A stretch of DNA of 64,000 bases from an uncultured Acidobacteriota bacterium (GTDB lineage Bacteria > Acidobacteriota > Terriglobia > Acidiferrales > UBA7541). The stretch lies in assembly GCA_963708285.1 (NCBI GenBank), contig CAVPSF010000001.1:99479-163478 (forward strand). The letters run 5' to 3'. Position numbers and translations under genes: made by a program. The notes below the pieces were generated by a model, which saw only the letters and a list, made by a program, of their open reading frames with translations, made no database searches and was not told the DNA's origin. Shown here piece after piece: positions 1 to 11,651 of the stretch; within the stretch, counting starts at the first letter, position 1; the number at the start of each line of letters is the position of its first letter.

Positions 1-192
1 GCAGGCCCCGGCGGCGGCACACCTGAAAAACCGGTGGGCACGGTGCACATCGGACTCTCGGACGAGCATGGCCCGCGCGAATCCGGCATGCATTTCCGCG
101 GCAGCCGCGACCGCATCCGCCAGCAAGCCACGCATGCGGCGCTCGATATGGTGCGCCGCCATTTCCTGTACCCATCGCACGGAAGGGCTTAA
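1..192 (+). CDS. CinA/PncC-family (nicotinamide-nucleotide amidase-like) protein, C-terminal fragment; 5' end lies outside the window
   Basis: Frame 1 is open from the window edge to TAA at 190-192. The translation GGGTPEKPVGTVHIGLSDEHG...RDRIRQQATHAALDMVRRHF resembles the conserved C-terminal end of CinA/PncC proteins. Confidence 0.6.
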   Translation, partial: AGPGGGTPEKPVGTVHIGLSDEHGPRESGMHFRGSRDRIRQQATHAALDMVRRHFLYPSHGRA

Positions 193-195
193 TAC

Positions 196-759
196 GTGCG
201 CCTTTTCGTGGCTTTCGATTTGCCGCGGGAAACACGCGAGGCGCTTGCGGAATGCATGGCGCGGCTTCGGCCCAGCGCCGGCGGCGCAAAATGGGTGCGG
301 CCCGAAGCGCTGCACGTCACTCTGAAATTCATCGGGCACAAGCCGGATGAAATGTTGCCACGGATTCGCCAAGCGCTGCTGGCCATCCGCTCCCCTTCCT
401 CCGTCGAAATGCAATTCCGGGGCATCGGATTTTTCCCAAGCGAGAATCGCCCGCGGGTGGTCTGGTGCGGCGTCGCCGCTTCACCGAATCTTGCCGCGCT
501 TGCTGCCGATGTGAGTGCCGCGCTCGAACCGCTGGGCGTCGCGGCGGAGACCCGCGCATTCCTCGCGCACCTCACACTGGCGCGATGGAAGGAACCGGAG
601 AGAGCCGGAAAAATTCAGGAAGCGGCCCAGGAATTTCGCGACCGGAATTTTGGGACCTTGCGCGCATCGGAATTTCATCTCTTCGAAAGCTACCTGAAAC
701 CATCGGGGGCGGAGTATAAGAAGCTCGCGACGTTCGTGTTCACCGGGGGCGCATGTTGA
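196..759 (+). CDS. thpR: RNA 2',3'-cyclic phosphodiesterase (2H phosphoesterase, LigT/ThpR family)
   Basis: 187-aa ORF with a GTG start. It has two H-x-T-x motifs (HVTLKF and HLTLAR), diagnostic of the 2H phosphoesterase fold. Confidence 0.85.
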   Translation: MRLFVAFDLPRETREALAECMARLRPSAGGAKWVRPEALHVTLKFIGHKPDEMLPRIRQALLAIRSPSSVEMQFRGIGFFPSENRPRVVWCGVAASPNLAALAADVSAALEPLGVAAETRAFLAHLTLARWKEPERAGKIQEAAQEFRDRNFGTLRASEFHLFESYLKPSGAEYKKLATFVFTGGAC

Positions 760-832
760 AAGCGCCGCGCTTAAAAATTCATTCCGTGCCACGGCCGCTT
801 CCCGGTATCCTCGGAAGTCGTTCAGGTGCCCT

Positions 833-1444
833 GTGAAGATTGACTGGCTCATCCCGGTGGTGGCTTATTTTCTGGGTTCGATTCCCTTCGGCCTGCTTCT
901 CGTGAAAATTGCGGGCCGCGGGGACATCCGCAAAACCGGAAGCGGCAATATAGGCGCCGCCAACGTCTCGCGAAGCGCGGGAATTTTCGCGGGATTGCTG
1001 ACGCTGGCTCTGGATGCGGGAAAAGGCATGCTGGCGGTGTGGCTCGCCGCACACTTCTCGGGCGGCAATATCCGCTGGATGATGGCCGCAGCGGTGGCAG
1101 CCGTGCTGGGGCATGTTTTTCCCGTATGGCTCGGATTCCGCGGTGGCAAGGGCGTGGCCACAGGGCTTGGCGTGCTGCTGCTGATCAGCCCGCAAGCCGT
1201 GGGCATCGCCGTAGTCTTGTGGATACTGATTGTAGGGTTCTGGCGCTATTCATCGCTGGGATCGGTTGTGGCCGCCGCGACCATTCCCATTTTCGTTTAT
1301 TTCTTGTATGCCCCGCGCTTCGCTCCCCCTGGGGCCGTCACCTTCGGCACCATCGCGATTTCCGTGATTGTCTTGTTGAAGCATCGCGCCAATATCGGCA
1401 GATTGGCAACCGGCACGGAAAACAAGATGTACTTCCGCCGCTGA
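833..1444 (+). CDS. plsY: Glycerol-3-phosphate acyltransferase PlsY
   Basis: 203-aa polytopic ORF. The N-terminal YFLGSIPFG and GSGNIGAANV motifs are typical of PlsY. Confidence 0.9.
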   Translation: MKIDWLIPVVAYFLGSIPFGLLLVKIAGRGDIRKTGSGNIGAANVSRSAGIFAGLLTLALDAGKGMLAVWLAAHFSGGNIRWMMAAAVAAVLGHVFPVWLGFRGGKGVATGLGVLLLISPQAVGIAVVLWILIVGFWRYSSLGSVVAAATIPIFVYFLYAPRFAPPGAVTFGTIAISVIVLLKHRANIGRLATGTENKMYFRR

Positions 1445-1556
1445 ATTTCTGATTGCTTGAAAACGGCTGCGATCGCGGTTTTTCAGGGCCCAAGGCTCCC
1501 TTCCGCGCTCCCTTTCTGCGTTATCTACATGTCTACGCCAGTACTTTCGTCATATT

Positions 1557-3362
1557 GTGCTGCCGAGGAGTCTTCGCTACGATTTCACCTTCGGTATTTC
1601 TGCGCCCATGCCAGCCCTAACGCATCTGACTACCCGGCGATTGCGCATCCTCTGGATCGTGTTGGGGGCGCTATTGCTCGTCAGTATCACGCCGCTGTGG
1701 CTCTATCACCGGCAGGTGCTGCGGCTCAGCGAAGAAAAATTGCAGGATACCGAGCGCCTGCAGCAAAGCGAGATTACCCGGTCTCTGGCCAGCGAGACTT
1801 TGCAATTCGAGCAGAGTTTGCGCGAACAGCTCCTCAGCCAGCGGCAGATGATGGCCCTGACCGGGTGGATCGGAGACGTCGACGCTTCCCCGCACGCTCC
1901 GCAGGTTTCCCGGCTGCTGCAGGACTTCGTCGAAAATAATCCCAATATTCTGTACGTCACGGCCGTGGACAAGCAGGCCAAGGGGCAATCCGCCGGAAGT
2001 TTTTCCGCCGACCGCGATCCTTTCGTTGACGGCGCACTCAAACGCGCATTCACCACCAGCATTCAAGGATTCAATTCCGTCAGCGAACCATTCGCATTGG
2101 GGCCGGAAAACCGCCCGGCGCTGGTGATGTCCGTGCCGCTTCTCGAGAACGGGCAGTTCACGGGAATGCTCGCGGCCGTAGTATCGCTCGATAAATTGCA
2201 GGGGCGATTGCGCGACGCAAGCGTTCGCGACCGCATTGTTTATATCGTGGACGGCTACGGGCGCATCGTGGCCTATCCCGACACGCGCGACATCGTGCCG
2301 GGCCGCGATGTGACTTCCACGTCTCCGCTGGTGAAACAGTTCAAGGACCTGCCGCAGGAGTTGCGCACCACGGAGACCATGCATTTCTCTCTTCCCGGCA
2401 GGCAGCCCGTGGAAATGATCGGGACCTACAGCACTATTCCCGAATTACGCTGGGCGGTGATTGCGCAGCGCAGCCTGGGCGACGCGCGCATTGACGCCGG
2501 CGTGCAGGAGTTGACCCGCCAGGCGTTTAATTTCGTCATCGGCGTGACGTTTGTGGCTCTGCTCTTCGGGTATTTGTTCGCCGTGGGAATCACCCGGCCG
2601 ATCCGAGGCTTGCTCACCTCCGTGCGCGCCATCAGCCGCGCGGAATTTCATGAGCGCGTACAGGTGACCGGCGCGGCGGAAATCAGCGAACTGGCCGAAA
2701 CCTTCAATCACATGGCCGGGGACATCGAGGAATACGTCGAGCGGCTGAAACAAGCCGCCGCCGAGAATCGCGAGCTTTTCCTCGGCTCCATCCGCATGCT
2801 GGCCGCGGCTATCGACGAAAAGGATCCGTACACGCGGGGCCATTCCGGGCGCGTGGCAAAATATTCCACGGTCATCGGTGAAGCCATCGGCTGGAATGCC
2901 GAGGACCTCGACCGCCTGCGGATTTCCGCGCTGCTTCACGACGTGGGCAAGATCGGCGTTGACGACCGCGTCCTCAAGAAGCCCGGCAAGCTGACCGATG
3001 AAGAATTCGACCTGATGAAACAGCATCCATCGAAGGGCGCGAACATCATGCGCCCTGTCGCGCAACTCAAGGACATGTTGCCGGGAATCGAATTGCACCA
3101 TGAACGCATGGACGGCGGCGGCTACCCGTATGGCCTGGCGGGCGAGGAAATTCCCATGATGGCGCGCATCATCGCCGTCGCCGACACGTTCGACGCCATC
3201 ACCACCAATCGCCCCTACCAGTCCGCGATGGACATCGACTACGCCATGGAACGCATTCGCTCGCTCGCCGTCACCAAGTTCGATGCCCGGGTCGTGGCCG
3301 CGCTCGAATCCTCGATTCATGCCGGGCGCATTCGCCTCTCCGCCACGCTCGTCGAAGTTTAA
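1557..3362 (+). CDS. Membrane sensor HD-GYP domain protein (c-di-GMP phosphodiesterase type) with Cache-like periplasmic region and HAMP linker
   Basis: 601-aa ORF, with an alternative ATG at 1608. It has a TM segment, an extracytoplasmic region, a second TM and a HAMP-like segment (AEISELAETFNHMAGDIEEY). These are followed by LHDVGKIGV (HD) and HHERMDGGGYPYG (GYP) signatures. Confidence 0.85.
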   Translation: MLPRSLRYDFTFGISAPMPALTHLTTRRLRILWIVLGALLLVSITPLWLYHRQVLRLSEEKLQDTERLQQSEITRSLASETLQFEQSLREQLLSQRQMMALTGWIGDVDASPHAPQVSRLLQDFVENNPNILYVTAVDKQAKGQSAGSFSADRDPFVDGALKRAFTTSIQGFNSVSEPFALGPENRPALVMSVPLLENGQFTGMLAAVVSLDKLQGRLRDASVRDRIVYIVDGYGRIVAYPDTRDIVPGRDVTSTSPLVKQFKDLPQELRTTETMHFSLPGRQPVEMIGTYSTIPELRWAVIAQRSLGDARIDAGVQELTRQAFNFVIGVTFVALLFGYLFAVGITRPIRGLLTSVRAISRAEFHERVQVTGAAEISELAETFNHMAGDIEEYVERLKQAAAENRELFLGSIRMLAAAIDEKDPYTRGHSGRVAKYSTVIGEAIGWNAEDLDRLRISALLHDVGKIGVDDRVLKKPGKLTDEEFDLMKQHPSKGANIMRPVAQLKDMLPGIELHHERMDGGGYPYGLAGEEIPMMARIIAVADTFDAITTNRPYQSAMDIDYAMERIRSLAVTKFDARVVAALESSIHAGRIRLSATLVEV

Positions 3363-3562
3363 TTCCCTGCTTTGCCGTTCGCGAAATAGAGCTCATTCAC
3401 CAGAATTTGTCTACTCGCTGCCAGGAAACTTCGGCCGTTTGCCACCAGCGCGCCCCGCCATGCTAACCTTATAGTCGGCATGAACATGCATCGTGCAATT
3501 CGCATTCATCGCGGGCCTGGCCCGCTTGCAATGACCACTTCCGATTCGTTTCGCTGCCGCGC

Positions 3563-4505
3563 ATGATTTCTCTTTTCGGCAAACCCGAACCCACGCTGCT
3601 CGAACGCCTCAAAGAGTCCGTGGGCAAAACGCGCACCGAGCTTTCCGCGCGTGTCGAACAGTTGCTCACTGGCGACCGGCCCGTCGATCCCCAGGTGCTG
3701 CATGAACTGGAATCCGCGCTCCTGGGAGCGGACATCGGCGTGCGCACAACCAAAGAGGTGATTGCCGCGCTGCGCGCGCAGGTGACCGAGCACAAGCTCG
3801 AAGGCGGCGAGCAGCTCAAACGCGAGCTGAAAAATCAAATTCTAAAAATTCTCACGGCGCCTCCCGCGCAAAATTCCGACGGCGGCGACATCCGGCCCGC
3901 GCGTTCTTTTTGTGGTGGGCGTCAACGGCACGGGGAAAACCACCACCATCGGCAAACTCTCAAGCCGCCTGAAAAAGGAAGGCGCGAGCGTTCTGCTCTG
4001 CGCCGCGGACACTTTTCGCGCGGCGGCCATTGAGCAACTGGAAGTCTGGGCGCGGCGCTCGGAAGTCGATGTGATCAAGCAAAAATCCGGCTCCGATCCT
4101 TCGGCCGTGATTTTCGACGCGCTTTCCGCGGCTGTGGCGCGCAAAATTGACGTGGTGATCGTGGACACCGCCGGACGCCTGCATACCAAATCGAATCTCA
4201 TGGCGGAACTCGAAAAGATGAAGCGCACTGCCGCGAAGGTTATTCCCGGCGCGCCGCACGATGTGCTGCTGGTCCTCGACGCAACCACCGGGCAAAATGG
4301 ATTGAACCAGGCGCGCGAATTCTGGAGCCATGCCGGAGTCACGGGAATCGTCCTGACCAAGCTCGACGGCACGGCCAAGGGCGGGATCGTGGTGGCCATT
4401 GCCAGAGAATTGAATTTGCCCATTCGCTTCGTGGGGACCGGAGAAAAAATCGACGATCTGGTTCCCTTCGACGCGCAAACCTATGTCAACTCGCTCTTCG
4501 AATAA
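3563..4505 (+). pseudogene. ftsY: Signal recognition particle receptor FtsY, reading frame broken by one extra nucleotide (pseudogene or sequence error)
   Basis: ORF 3563-4033 gives the N-domain (…LLGADIGVRTTKEVIAALRAQV…). ORF 3912-4505, one frame over, gives [17 protein letters not shown]…DTAGRLH…[11 protein letters not shown], the SRP GTPase G1-G4 motifs. The downstream frame reads …[11 protein letters not shown] back to a TAA at 3843-3845. Confidence 0.85.
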
Positions 4506-5646
4506 AATTCTTGCGCAGGACGCCGCCTGGATGGCGCACGCGCTCGACTTGGCGCGGCATTCCACGGCGCTCGCGCATCCCAACCCCCTCGTGGGCGCTG
4601 TGTTGGTAAAAAACAATCGCATCGTGGGCGAAGGATTCCATTCCTACGACCTCCGCGACCATGCCGAAATCGCGGCGCTCAAACAAGCCGGCAAAAACGC
4701 CCGCGGCGCCACTCTCTACATCAATATGGAACCCTGCTGCCACACCGGACGCACCGGCCCTTGCTCGCTGGCGCTGATCCAGGCCGGAGTACGCCGCGCC
4801 GTGGTGGCCATGGAGGATCCCAATCCTCTGGTTTCAGGCGGCGGAATACGCGAGCTGCGAGCGGCGGGAATTGAAGTGCAAACTGGATTGAAAGAAGAAG
4901 CGGCGCGTACCATCAACGAGGATTTCGCCTGCTGGATTCGCACCGGGCGCCCCTTCGTTACCCTGAAGACCGCGCTCACCCTGGACGGCCAGATCGCCAT
5001 GCGCTCCGGCAGCGTCACCTGGATCACCAGTCCCGCTTCGCGCGAAGAAGTTTTGCGCATTCGCCACGCGGCCGACGCCATTCTGACGGGCATCGGTACG
5101 GTCCTTTCCGATGATCCGCGCCTCACCGATCGCACCGGGCTGCCGCGGCGGCGCAAACTGCTGCGATGCGTGGTGGATTCGCGACTGCGGCTCCCCTTGC
5201 GCTCGGAACTTGTGAAATCGGCGAAAGACGATGTGGTGGTGTTCACCGCGCAGCCAGCCGCATCGCGCAAAGCGCGCGCGCTCGGTCGCGCCGGTGTGGA
5301 AGTGGTTTCGATACCCCCGCGCACAAAATCCACGCATCCGCAGGTGGATTTGCGGGAAGTGATGTCCGAGCTTGGACGCCGCAAGATGATCCATGTCCTC
5401 ATCGAAGGCGGCTCTCGATTGAATGGTGCGGCGATCGAGGCGGGGCTTGTCGATAAAATGATTCTCTTCTACGCTCCCAAGATCATGGGCGTGGGCGGCG
5501 TGCCCATGGCGCAGATCGAGTCGCGCTGGTTTCCCAAATCGCCGGCGCTCGAAAATTTGTCGCTGCGGCGCGTGGGCCCGGATTTTGTCGTCGAAGGATA
5601 CTTTCACGATGTTTACGGGAATCATCGAGCATCTCGGAAAAATTGA
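4483..5646 (+). CDS. ribD: Bifunctional riboflavin biosynthesis protein RibD (pyrimidine deaminase / uracil reductase)
   Basis: 387-aa ORF with the CMP/dCMP deaminase zinc motifs HAEIAAL and [11 protein letters not shown], then a reductase domain ([18 protein letters not shown]). The start is uncertain: 4483 overlaps the ftsY 3' end, and an alternative Met lies near 4531. Confidence 0.9.
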   Translation: MSTRSSNKILAQDAAWMAHALDLARHSTALAHPNPLVGAVLVKNNRIVGEGFHSYDLRDHAEIAALKQAGKNARGATLYINMEPCCHTGRTGPCSLALIQAGVRRAVVAMEDPNPLVSGGGIRELRAAGIEVQTGLKEEAARTINEDFACWIRTGRPFVTLKTALTLDGQIAMRSGSVTWITSPASREEVLRIRHAADAILTGIGTVLSDDPRLTDRTGLPRRRKLLRCVVDSRLRLPLRSELVKSAKDDVVVFTAQPAASRKARALGRAGVEVVSIPPRTKSTHPQVDLREVMSELGRRKMIHVLIEGGSRLNGAAIEAGLVDKMILFYAPKIMGVGGVPMAQIESRWFPKSPALENLSLRRVGPDFVVEGYFHDVYGNHRASRKN

Positions 5647-6262
5647 AGCGCTCGAACAGGGGCCGCAAGGCGGCCGCGTGCGCGTCTCGACTTCGGGAGC
5701 TGTGGGTATCGCCGCGTCCATGAAACTCGGCGACAGCATTTCCGTGAACGGCTGCTGCCTGACGGTGGTGGAATTCGATGGCGAACATTTTTCCGCCGAT
5801 CTTTCCGGGGAAACGCTGCGCCGCACTTCCTTTGCCGAAAAAAAACCGGGGCAAAGCGTGAATCTCGAGCGGCCGCTTACCGCGGATGCACGCCTGGGCG
5901 GGCATTTCGTGCAGGGTCATGTGGACGGCGTAGGTCGCGTCGCGAGGATTGTTCCGGAAGGTGAAAACTGGTGGCTCTCGATTCGCGTCCCGGAAGATTT
6001 ACGGCGGTACGTCGCGGAAAAAGGTTCGATTGCCGTGGATGGCATCAGCCTCACGGTGGCCCGTTGGCAGGGAGGAGTCGCCGACATCGCCGTGATTCCC
6101 TTCACCTATGAGCATACCAACGTGAGCGCGATGGTTCCGGGCGATGCCGTGAATATCGAAGTCGATATTCTTGCGAAATATATGGAGAGCCTGATATCCG
6201 CGCGAAAATCTCCCGCTGAATCCCGGCTGAAAATCAGCGACCTGACCGAGCAGGGATTTTAG
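5609..6262 (+). CDS. ribE: Riboflavin synthase (alpha chain)
   Basis: Begins [12 protein letters not shown], the canonical riboflavin synthase N-terminus. An internal repeat is present (…GDSISVNGCCLTV… and …GSIAVDGISLTV…). The ORF track starts 24 nt upstream at 5585. Confidence 0.9.
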   Translation: MFTGIIEHLGKIEALEQGPQGGRVRVSTSGAVGIAASMKLGDSISVNGCCLTVVEFDGEHFSADLSGETLRRTSFAEKKPGQSVNLERPLTADARLGGHFVQGHVDGVGRVARIVPEGENWWLSIRVPEDLRRYVAEKGSIAVDGISLTVARWQGGVADIAVIPFTYEHTNVSAMVPGDAVNIEVDILAKYMESLISARKSPAESRLKISDLTEQGF

Positions 6263-7420
6263 ATGGCGCCCGGGCGCGCCTTCGATGTCGCGGTGATCGG
6301 CGCGGGAGTTTTCGGCGCGTGGACCGCTTATTTCCTTCGCAAGTCCGGCGCGCGCGTGATTCTTCTGGATGCCTATGGGCCGGCCAGCGCCCGCGCCAGC
6401 TCCGGCGGCGAATCGCGCATCATCCGCATGGGGTACGGAGCGGATGAAATCTATACGCGCTGGTCTCTGCGCGCCCTGCCGATGTGGAAACACTTTTTTG
6501 CGGAAGTTGGCCGCCACGAGCTTTTCCAGCCAACTGGCGTTTTATGGATCGCCCACGAAGGAGAGCCCTACGCGCAGTCTACGCTTGCCGCGCTCGAACA
6601 ATCCGGCGCGCGATTCGAAAAATTAAAAGGCGCGGAATTGCGCCGCCGCTATCCGCAAATCGTTTTCGATGAAGATGCGTGGGGAATTCTCGAGCCCGAA
6701 AGCGGCGTGCTGATGGCGCGGCGCGCGGTGCACGCGGTGGTCGAGCAGGCGCGGCGCATCGGTGTGGAATACCAGCAGCAAGGAATACTGCCGCCGGAAA
6801 CAAAGGGGCGCGTAACGTCGCTCAAAACCACCCAGGGGGAGACGATATCTGCGGCGAATTACGTTTTCGCCTGCGGGCCATGGCTCGCGAAACTTTTTCC
6901 CAAACTTCTCGGCCCGCGCATGTTCATTTCCCGCCAGGAGATTTTTTTCTATGGAATTCCTGCGGGAGATTCGCGTTTTGCGCCACCGGCCATGCCCACC
7001 TGGCTGCAACTCCGCGACGAATTTTATGGCATGCCGGACCTGGAATCGCGCGGCTTCAAGATTGCCAACGACCGCCACGGAGCAGCCGCGGATCCTGACA
7101 CGCAATCGCGCGTTCCGAGCGCGGAAGCGCTGGCAGCTGCGCGGGAATTCATCGCCCGGCGATTCCCGGCTCTCGCGAATGCGCCGGTAACCGAGGCGCG
7201 CGTGTGCCAGTACGAAAACACTTCCAGCGGGGATTTCCTGATCGACCGCTATCCGGATCATGAGAATGTCTGGCTCGCGGGAGGCGGCTCAGGTCACGGT
7301 TTCAAGCACGGACCCGTGTTCGGCGAATATCTGGCGGAGCGCGTTCTGCGCGGCGGGGAGATCGAACCGCGGTTTTTGCTGGCGACCAAGCAAACCGTTC
7401 AGAGTCGCGCTATTCACTGA
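6263..7420 (+). CDS. FAD-dependent oxidoreductase, monomeric sarcosine oxidase / N-methyltryptophan oxidase-like
   Basis: N-terminal dinucleotide fold DVAVIGAGVFGAWTAY. The C-terminal segment ARVCQYENTSSGDFLID resembles the covalent-flavin Cys region of MSOX/MTOX. The ATG directly abuts the ribE stop codon. Confidence 0.75.
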   Translation: MAPGRAFDVAVIGAGVFGAWTAYFLRKSGARVILLDAYGPASARASSGGESRIIRMGYGADEIYTRWSLRALPMWKHFFAEVGRHELFQPTGVLWIAHEGEPYAQSTLAALEQSGARFEKLKGAELRRRYPQIVFDEDAWGILEPESGVLMARRAVHAVVEQARRIGVEYQQQGILPPETKGRVTSLKTTQGETISAANYVFACGPWLAKLFPKLLGPRMFISRQEIFFYGIPAGDSRFAPPAMPTWLQLRDEFYGMPDLESRGFKIANDRHGAAADPDTQSRVPSAEALAAAREFIARRFPALANAPVTEARVCQYENTSSGDFLIDRYPDHENVWLAGGGSGHGFKHGPVFGEYLAERVLRGGEIEPRFLLATKQTVQSRAIH

Positions 7421-7447
7421 GGTCCGCGCGATGCATCGCTCTGCGAT

Positions 7448-8875
7448 TCACACTTCCAATTTCTTGGCACGCACTCCGCGATAATAAAGCGCCAATCCAA
7501 TGGCTATAAAGAGTGCCGTTCCGCCCACCAGCTCGCCTTCGAAAAGCCATTTGTTGGTCGTTTCACCGGGAGGAATCAGCGAGAGCGCGATGCCGCCCAC
7601 AACCACCAGCCCGCCGAGTATTCCGGCGATCCACACTCCCGGCTTTCCTCCCGGAATCAGCACCACGTTTTCGCCGGGCTTGCGGTCGGCGCGATAGGCC
7701 AGCTTGATCACCGCCGCGTACATATACAGAAACGGAATGAAATAGAGAATCACCGCGGCATCCACGAACACTTGATACGCGGTGTTCACCGTCTGATTTA
7801 CCTGCACCAGCAGCAGGATGATCCCGGAGATGACCGCTTGAATGAGAATGGAAACCCACGGGGTCTTCCACTTGGAATGAATTTTTCCAAACGCCGCGGG
7901 CAAATAGCGGTCAATCCCCACTACGAACGGCACGCGCGCCACTCCCGCCACGGTTGAACCCACGCCACCCGCGTTTCCCACGGTCACCAGCACCGCGGCG
8001 ATCATTCCGAAAAATCCGATGCGCAAAATCGTCGAGCCTTGCGTCAGCGCCTGAAAGACGCCGCTTTTCGGGTCCACTGCGTCGGCCGGCAAAATGCCCA
8101 GGACCGCGAATGTTCCGGCGATGTAAATCAATGCAATCAGGATGCCCGAACCGAAAATCGCGCGCGGAAAAGTTTTGCGCGGCTCGCGGATTTCCTCGCT
8201 CATGGCTGAAACAAGTTCGAGGCCCACAAAAGCGAACGCGATCTGCGGCCAGAAATTCACCGTGGACCAATTCCAGGTGGGCAGAATATTCGACCAGGAA
8301 AAATGCGTTTGCGCGCCGCGGGAAATCCACAAATATCCGCCCATGCCCACCAGCATCAGCAGCGGGATATAGGTTGAAATGCCTCCCACGTTCTGCAGCC
8401 ATTTGCCGATGTTCAGTCCGACGATATTCAGAATCACCGCGACGATCAGCAGCAGAAATGACGCCACGGTCAGAAAGGTACGATCCTGCGCGAGATACGC
8501 CGTGCCGCTCCCGCCGATATAAGCGCACATCGCGGCGCTGGCCATCAGCAGGCCGGGAAAATAAAAAAATGTGTACACCCAGTACGTCCATCCGGCCACG
8601 AATCCGTGGAAATCCCCGAACGCTTCCTTGGACCAGACGTAGAGTCCGCCTTCATGCGGAAAGCGCGTGGAAAGTTCCACGATTACGAAGGTGGTGGGTA
8701 GAAAGAAAAATAAGGCGGCAATCACCCAGAGGCTGATCGACGAAGTGCCGTTGTGAGCCGCCGCCGCAATCCATCGCGGCCCAAGCACCGCCACGATATT
8801 AAAGAGCAGCACATCCCAAAGGCCCATGACGCGGCGAAGCTGGCCCTTGGGATCGCCTGGCGCCGGCTGGCTCAC
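7448..8875 (-). CDS. APC-superfamily amino acid/polyamine permease
   Basis: 475-aa ORF with about 12 hydrophobic segments and APC-type N-terminal sequence (LRRVMGLWDVLLFNIVAVLGPRW). Its GTG start overlaps the stop of the upstream ABC ATPase gene (GTGA). Confidence 0.85.
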   Translation of the reverse strand: MSQPAPGDPKGQLRRVMGLWDVLLFNIVAVLGPRWIAAAAHNGTSSISLWVIAALFFFLPTTFVIVELSTRFPHEGGLYVWSKEAFGDFHGFVAGWTYWVYTFFYFPGLLMASAAMCAYIGGSGTAYLAQDRTFLTVASFLLLIVAVILNIVGLNIGKWLQNVGGISTYIPLLMLVGMGGYLWISRGAQTHFSWSNILPTWNWSTVNFWPQIAFAFVGLELVSAMSEEIREPRKTFPRAIFGSGILIALIYIAGTFAVLGILPADAVDPKSGVFQALTQGSTILRIGFFGMIAAVLVTVGNAGGVGSTVAGVARVPFVVGIDRYLPAAFGKIHSKWKTPWVSILIQAVISGIILLLVQVNQTVNTAYQVFVDAAVILYFIPFLYMYAAVIKLAYRADRKPGENVVLIPGGKPGVWIAGILGGLVVVGGIALSLIPPGETTNKWLFEGELVGGTALFIAIGLALYYRGVRAKKLEV

Positions 8876-9654
8876 GCGGTGGCATCCAATGCGGGAATCA
8901 ATTCATCCTGCGCCAGAAAATTGCGGAGCGTGGGATCCTGCGATTTTTCAAGTTCCGCCCAGGTGCCGAAAAATCCCACGCGGCCCTCCTGCAGGAAAAT
9001 AATGCGGTCCGCGATTTTCCTGGCCAGGTGCGTATCGTGGGTCACGACAATCGAAGTTTTGCGGAATTTCGCCTTCAGCTTGAGGATCAGGTCGCGGATG
9101 TGCGCGGCCATCAGCGGGTCTACCATGGTGGTGGGCTCGTCATACAAAATCGCATCGGGATCGTCGGCCAAGGCCCGCGCAATGGCCACTGCGCGTTTCA
9201 TGCCCGTGCTCAAATCCGATGGCAGGCGCTCCGCGAATTCCGCGACTTCCAGCATTTCGAGCAATTCCTTCACGCGGCGGTCGATTTCCTCCGGCGATTG
9301 CCGTTTGCCAGAATCGCCGTCCGTGCGCCCCACCAGCGGGAAGGCCACGTTTTCGGCGATGGAAAGCGAATCAAAAAGCGCCCCGGATTGAAATACCATG
9401 GTCACCCGCCGCCGGATTTCCGAAAACTGTTTTTCCGTCCAGCCGCTCACGTCCTGCCCGGCGACAATGATTTTCCCCGAATCCGGTTCGAGAAAGCCCA
9501 TCAGCAATTTCAAGCTCACGGATTTTCCCACGCCGCTGCGGCCCATGATGACCGCGGTTTCTCCCTGCTCGGCAAAAAAGCTCACGTCCTTCAGCACTTC
9601 GTGATCGCCGAAGGATTTGCAGACGTTTTGAAACTCGAAATATCGATCGCTCAT
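8872..9654 (-). CDS. ABC transporter ATP-binding protein, MlaF/Ttg2A-like, with no adjacent ABC permease
   Basis: Walker A is GRSGVGKS, the signature is LSTGMKRAVAIARAL and Walker B is ILYDEPTT. It has ATGA overlap with mobA-like upstream and GTGA overlap with the APC permease downstream. Confidence 0.85.
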   Translation of the reverse strand: MSDRYFEFQNVCKSFGDHEVLKDVSFFAEQGETAVIMGRSGVGKSVSLKLLMGFLEPDSGKIIVAGQDVSGWTEKQFSEIRRRVTMVFQSGALFDSLSIAENVAFPLVGRTDGDSGKRQSPEEIDRRVKELLEMLEVAEFAERLPSDLSTGMKRAVAIARALADDPDAILYDEPTTMVDPLMAAHIRDLILKLKAKFRKTSIVVTHDTHLARKIADRIIFLQEGRVGFFGTWAELEKSQDPTLRNFLAQDELIPALDATA

Positions 9655-10268
9655 TTTTCGCCGCGGCCGCCGAAATCCGCCCGGGCTTCCTCGTAATCCG
9701 CGGGCGAATTCATATTCTTGAATAGCTTCCCCTGGGAATCAAAGGCTTTCCATTCCGCGCGTTCCAGGCGCTCGATGCGCAGGCCCGCAAGCCCTTCGGT
9801 CACTTTACGTGTGCCGCGTGCGAGCGCCGCGCGGATCGGTTCTGCGCCGCGGCGGTGATACATGGCGCACAGTGGCTCCGCGCCGCGGTCATTCATGGGA
9901 ATCAAGGCATCCGCGGAAGACGCCCGGCCGCGTTCGATCAGATGCGCGAGCCAATCATGAGTCAGGTAAGGCAAATCACACGCCAAAATTAAATTCCAGT
10001 CAGAGTCTGATTGCCGAAGCGCCGTGGCGATTCCTGCGAGAGGTCCGGCGCCCGGCCAATCATCCGGGAGGACTCGCAGCCCCTTCATGGGTGGGGCTCC
10101 GGTTCCGATGATCGCCACATCATGGCAAGCGGCGCCTCGAATGAGCCGCGCGAGCCGCTGGATGATTGGCTCGCCCGCGATTTCCAGCAGCGCTTTGGGC
10201 CGCCCCATCCGGGAACTATCGCCTCCGGCAAGGATGAATCCCGCGACTTGTGCTGGGGGCAGCGACAT
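9651..10268 (-). CDS. mobA: MobA-like nucleotidyltransferase (molybdenum cofactor guanylyltransferase family)
   Basis: 205-aa ORF. The N-terminal GFILAGGDSSRMGRPKALLEIAG and the later LACDLPYL are typical of MobA/NTP_transf_3. Confidence 0.7.
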   Translation of the reverse strand: MSLPPAQVAGFILAGGDSSRMGRPKALLEIAGEPIIQRLARLIRGAACHDVAIIGTGAPPMKGLRVLPDDWPGAGPLAGIATALRQSDSDWNLILACDLPYLTHDWLAHLIERGRASSADALIPMNDRGAEPLCAMYHRRGAEPIRAALARGTRKVTEGLAGLRIERLERAEWKAFDSQGKLFKNMNSPADYEEARADFGGRGEK

Positions 10269-10271
10269 TGG

Positions 10272-11647
<1,376 letters not shown>

Positions 11648-11651
<4 letters not shown>

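Noticed and set aside
1457-1939. 160-aa plus-strand ORF overlapping the 5' part of the HD-GYP gene
   Set aside because: It is a different frame of the same strand as a well-supported 601-aa gene. The translation is Ala/Arg-rich with no features.
4483-4505. FMN riboswitch upstream of ribD or ribBA
   Set aside because: ribD overlaps the ftsY 3' end, and ribBA starts 2 nt after the PiT stop. There is no leader long enough to hold a riboswitch at either site.
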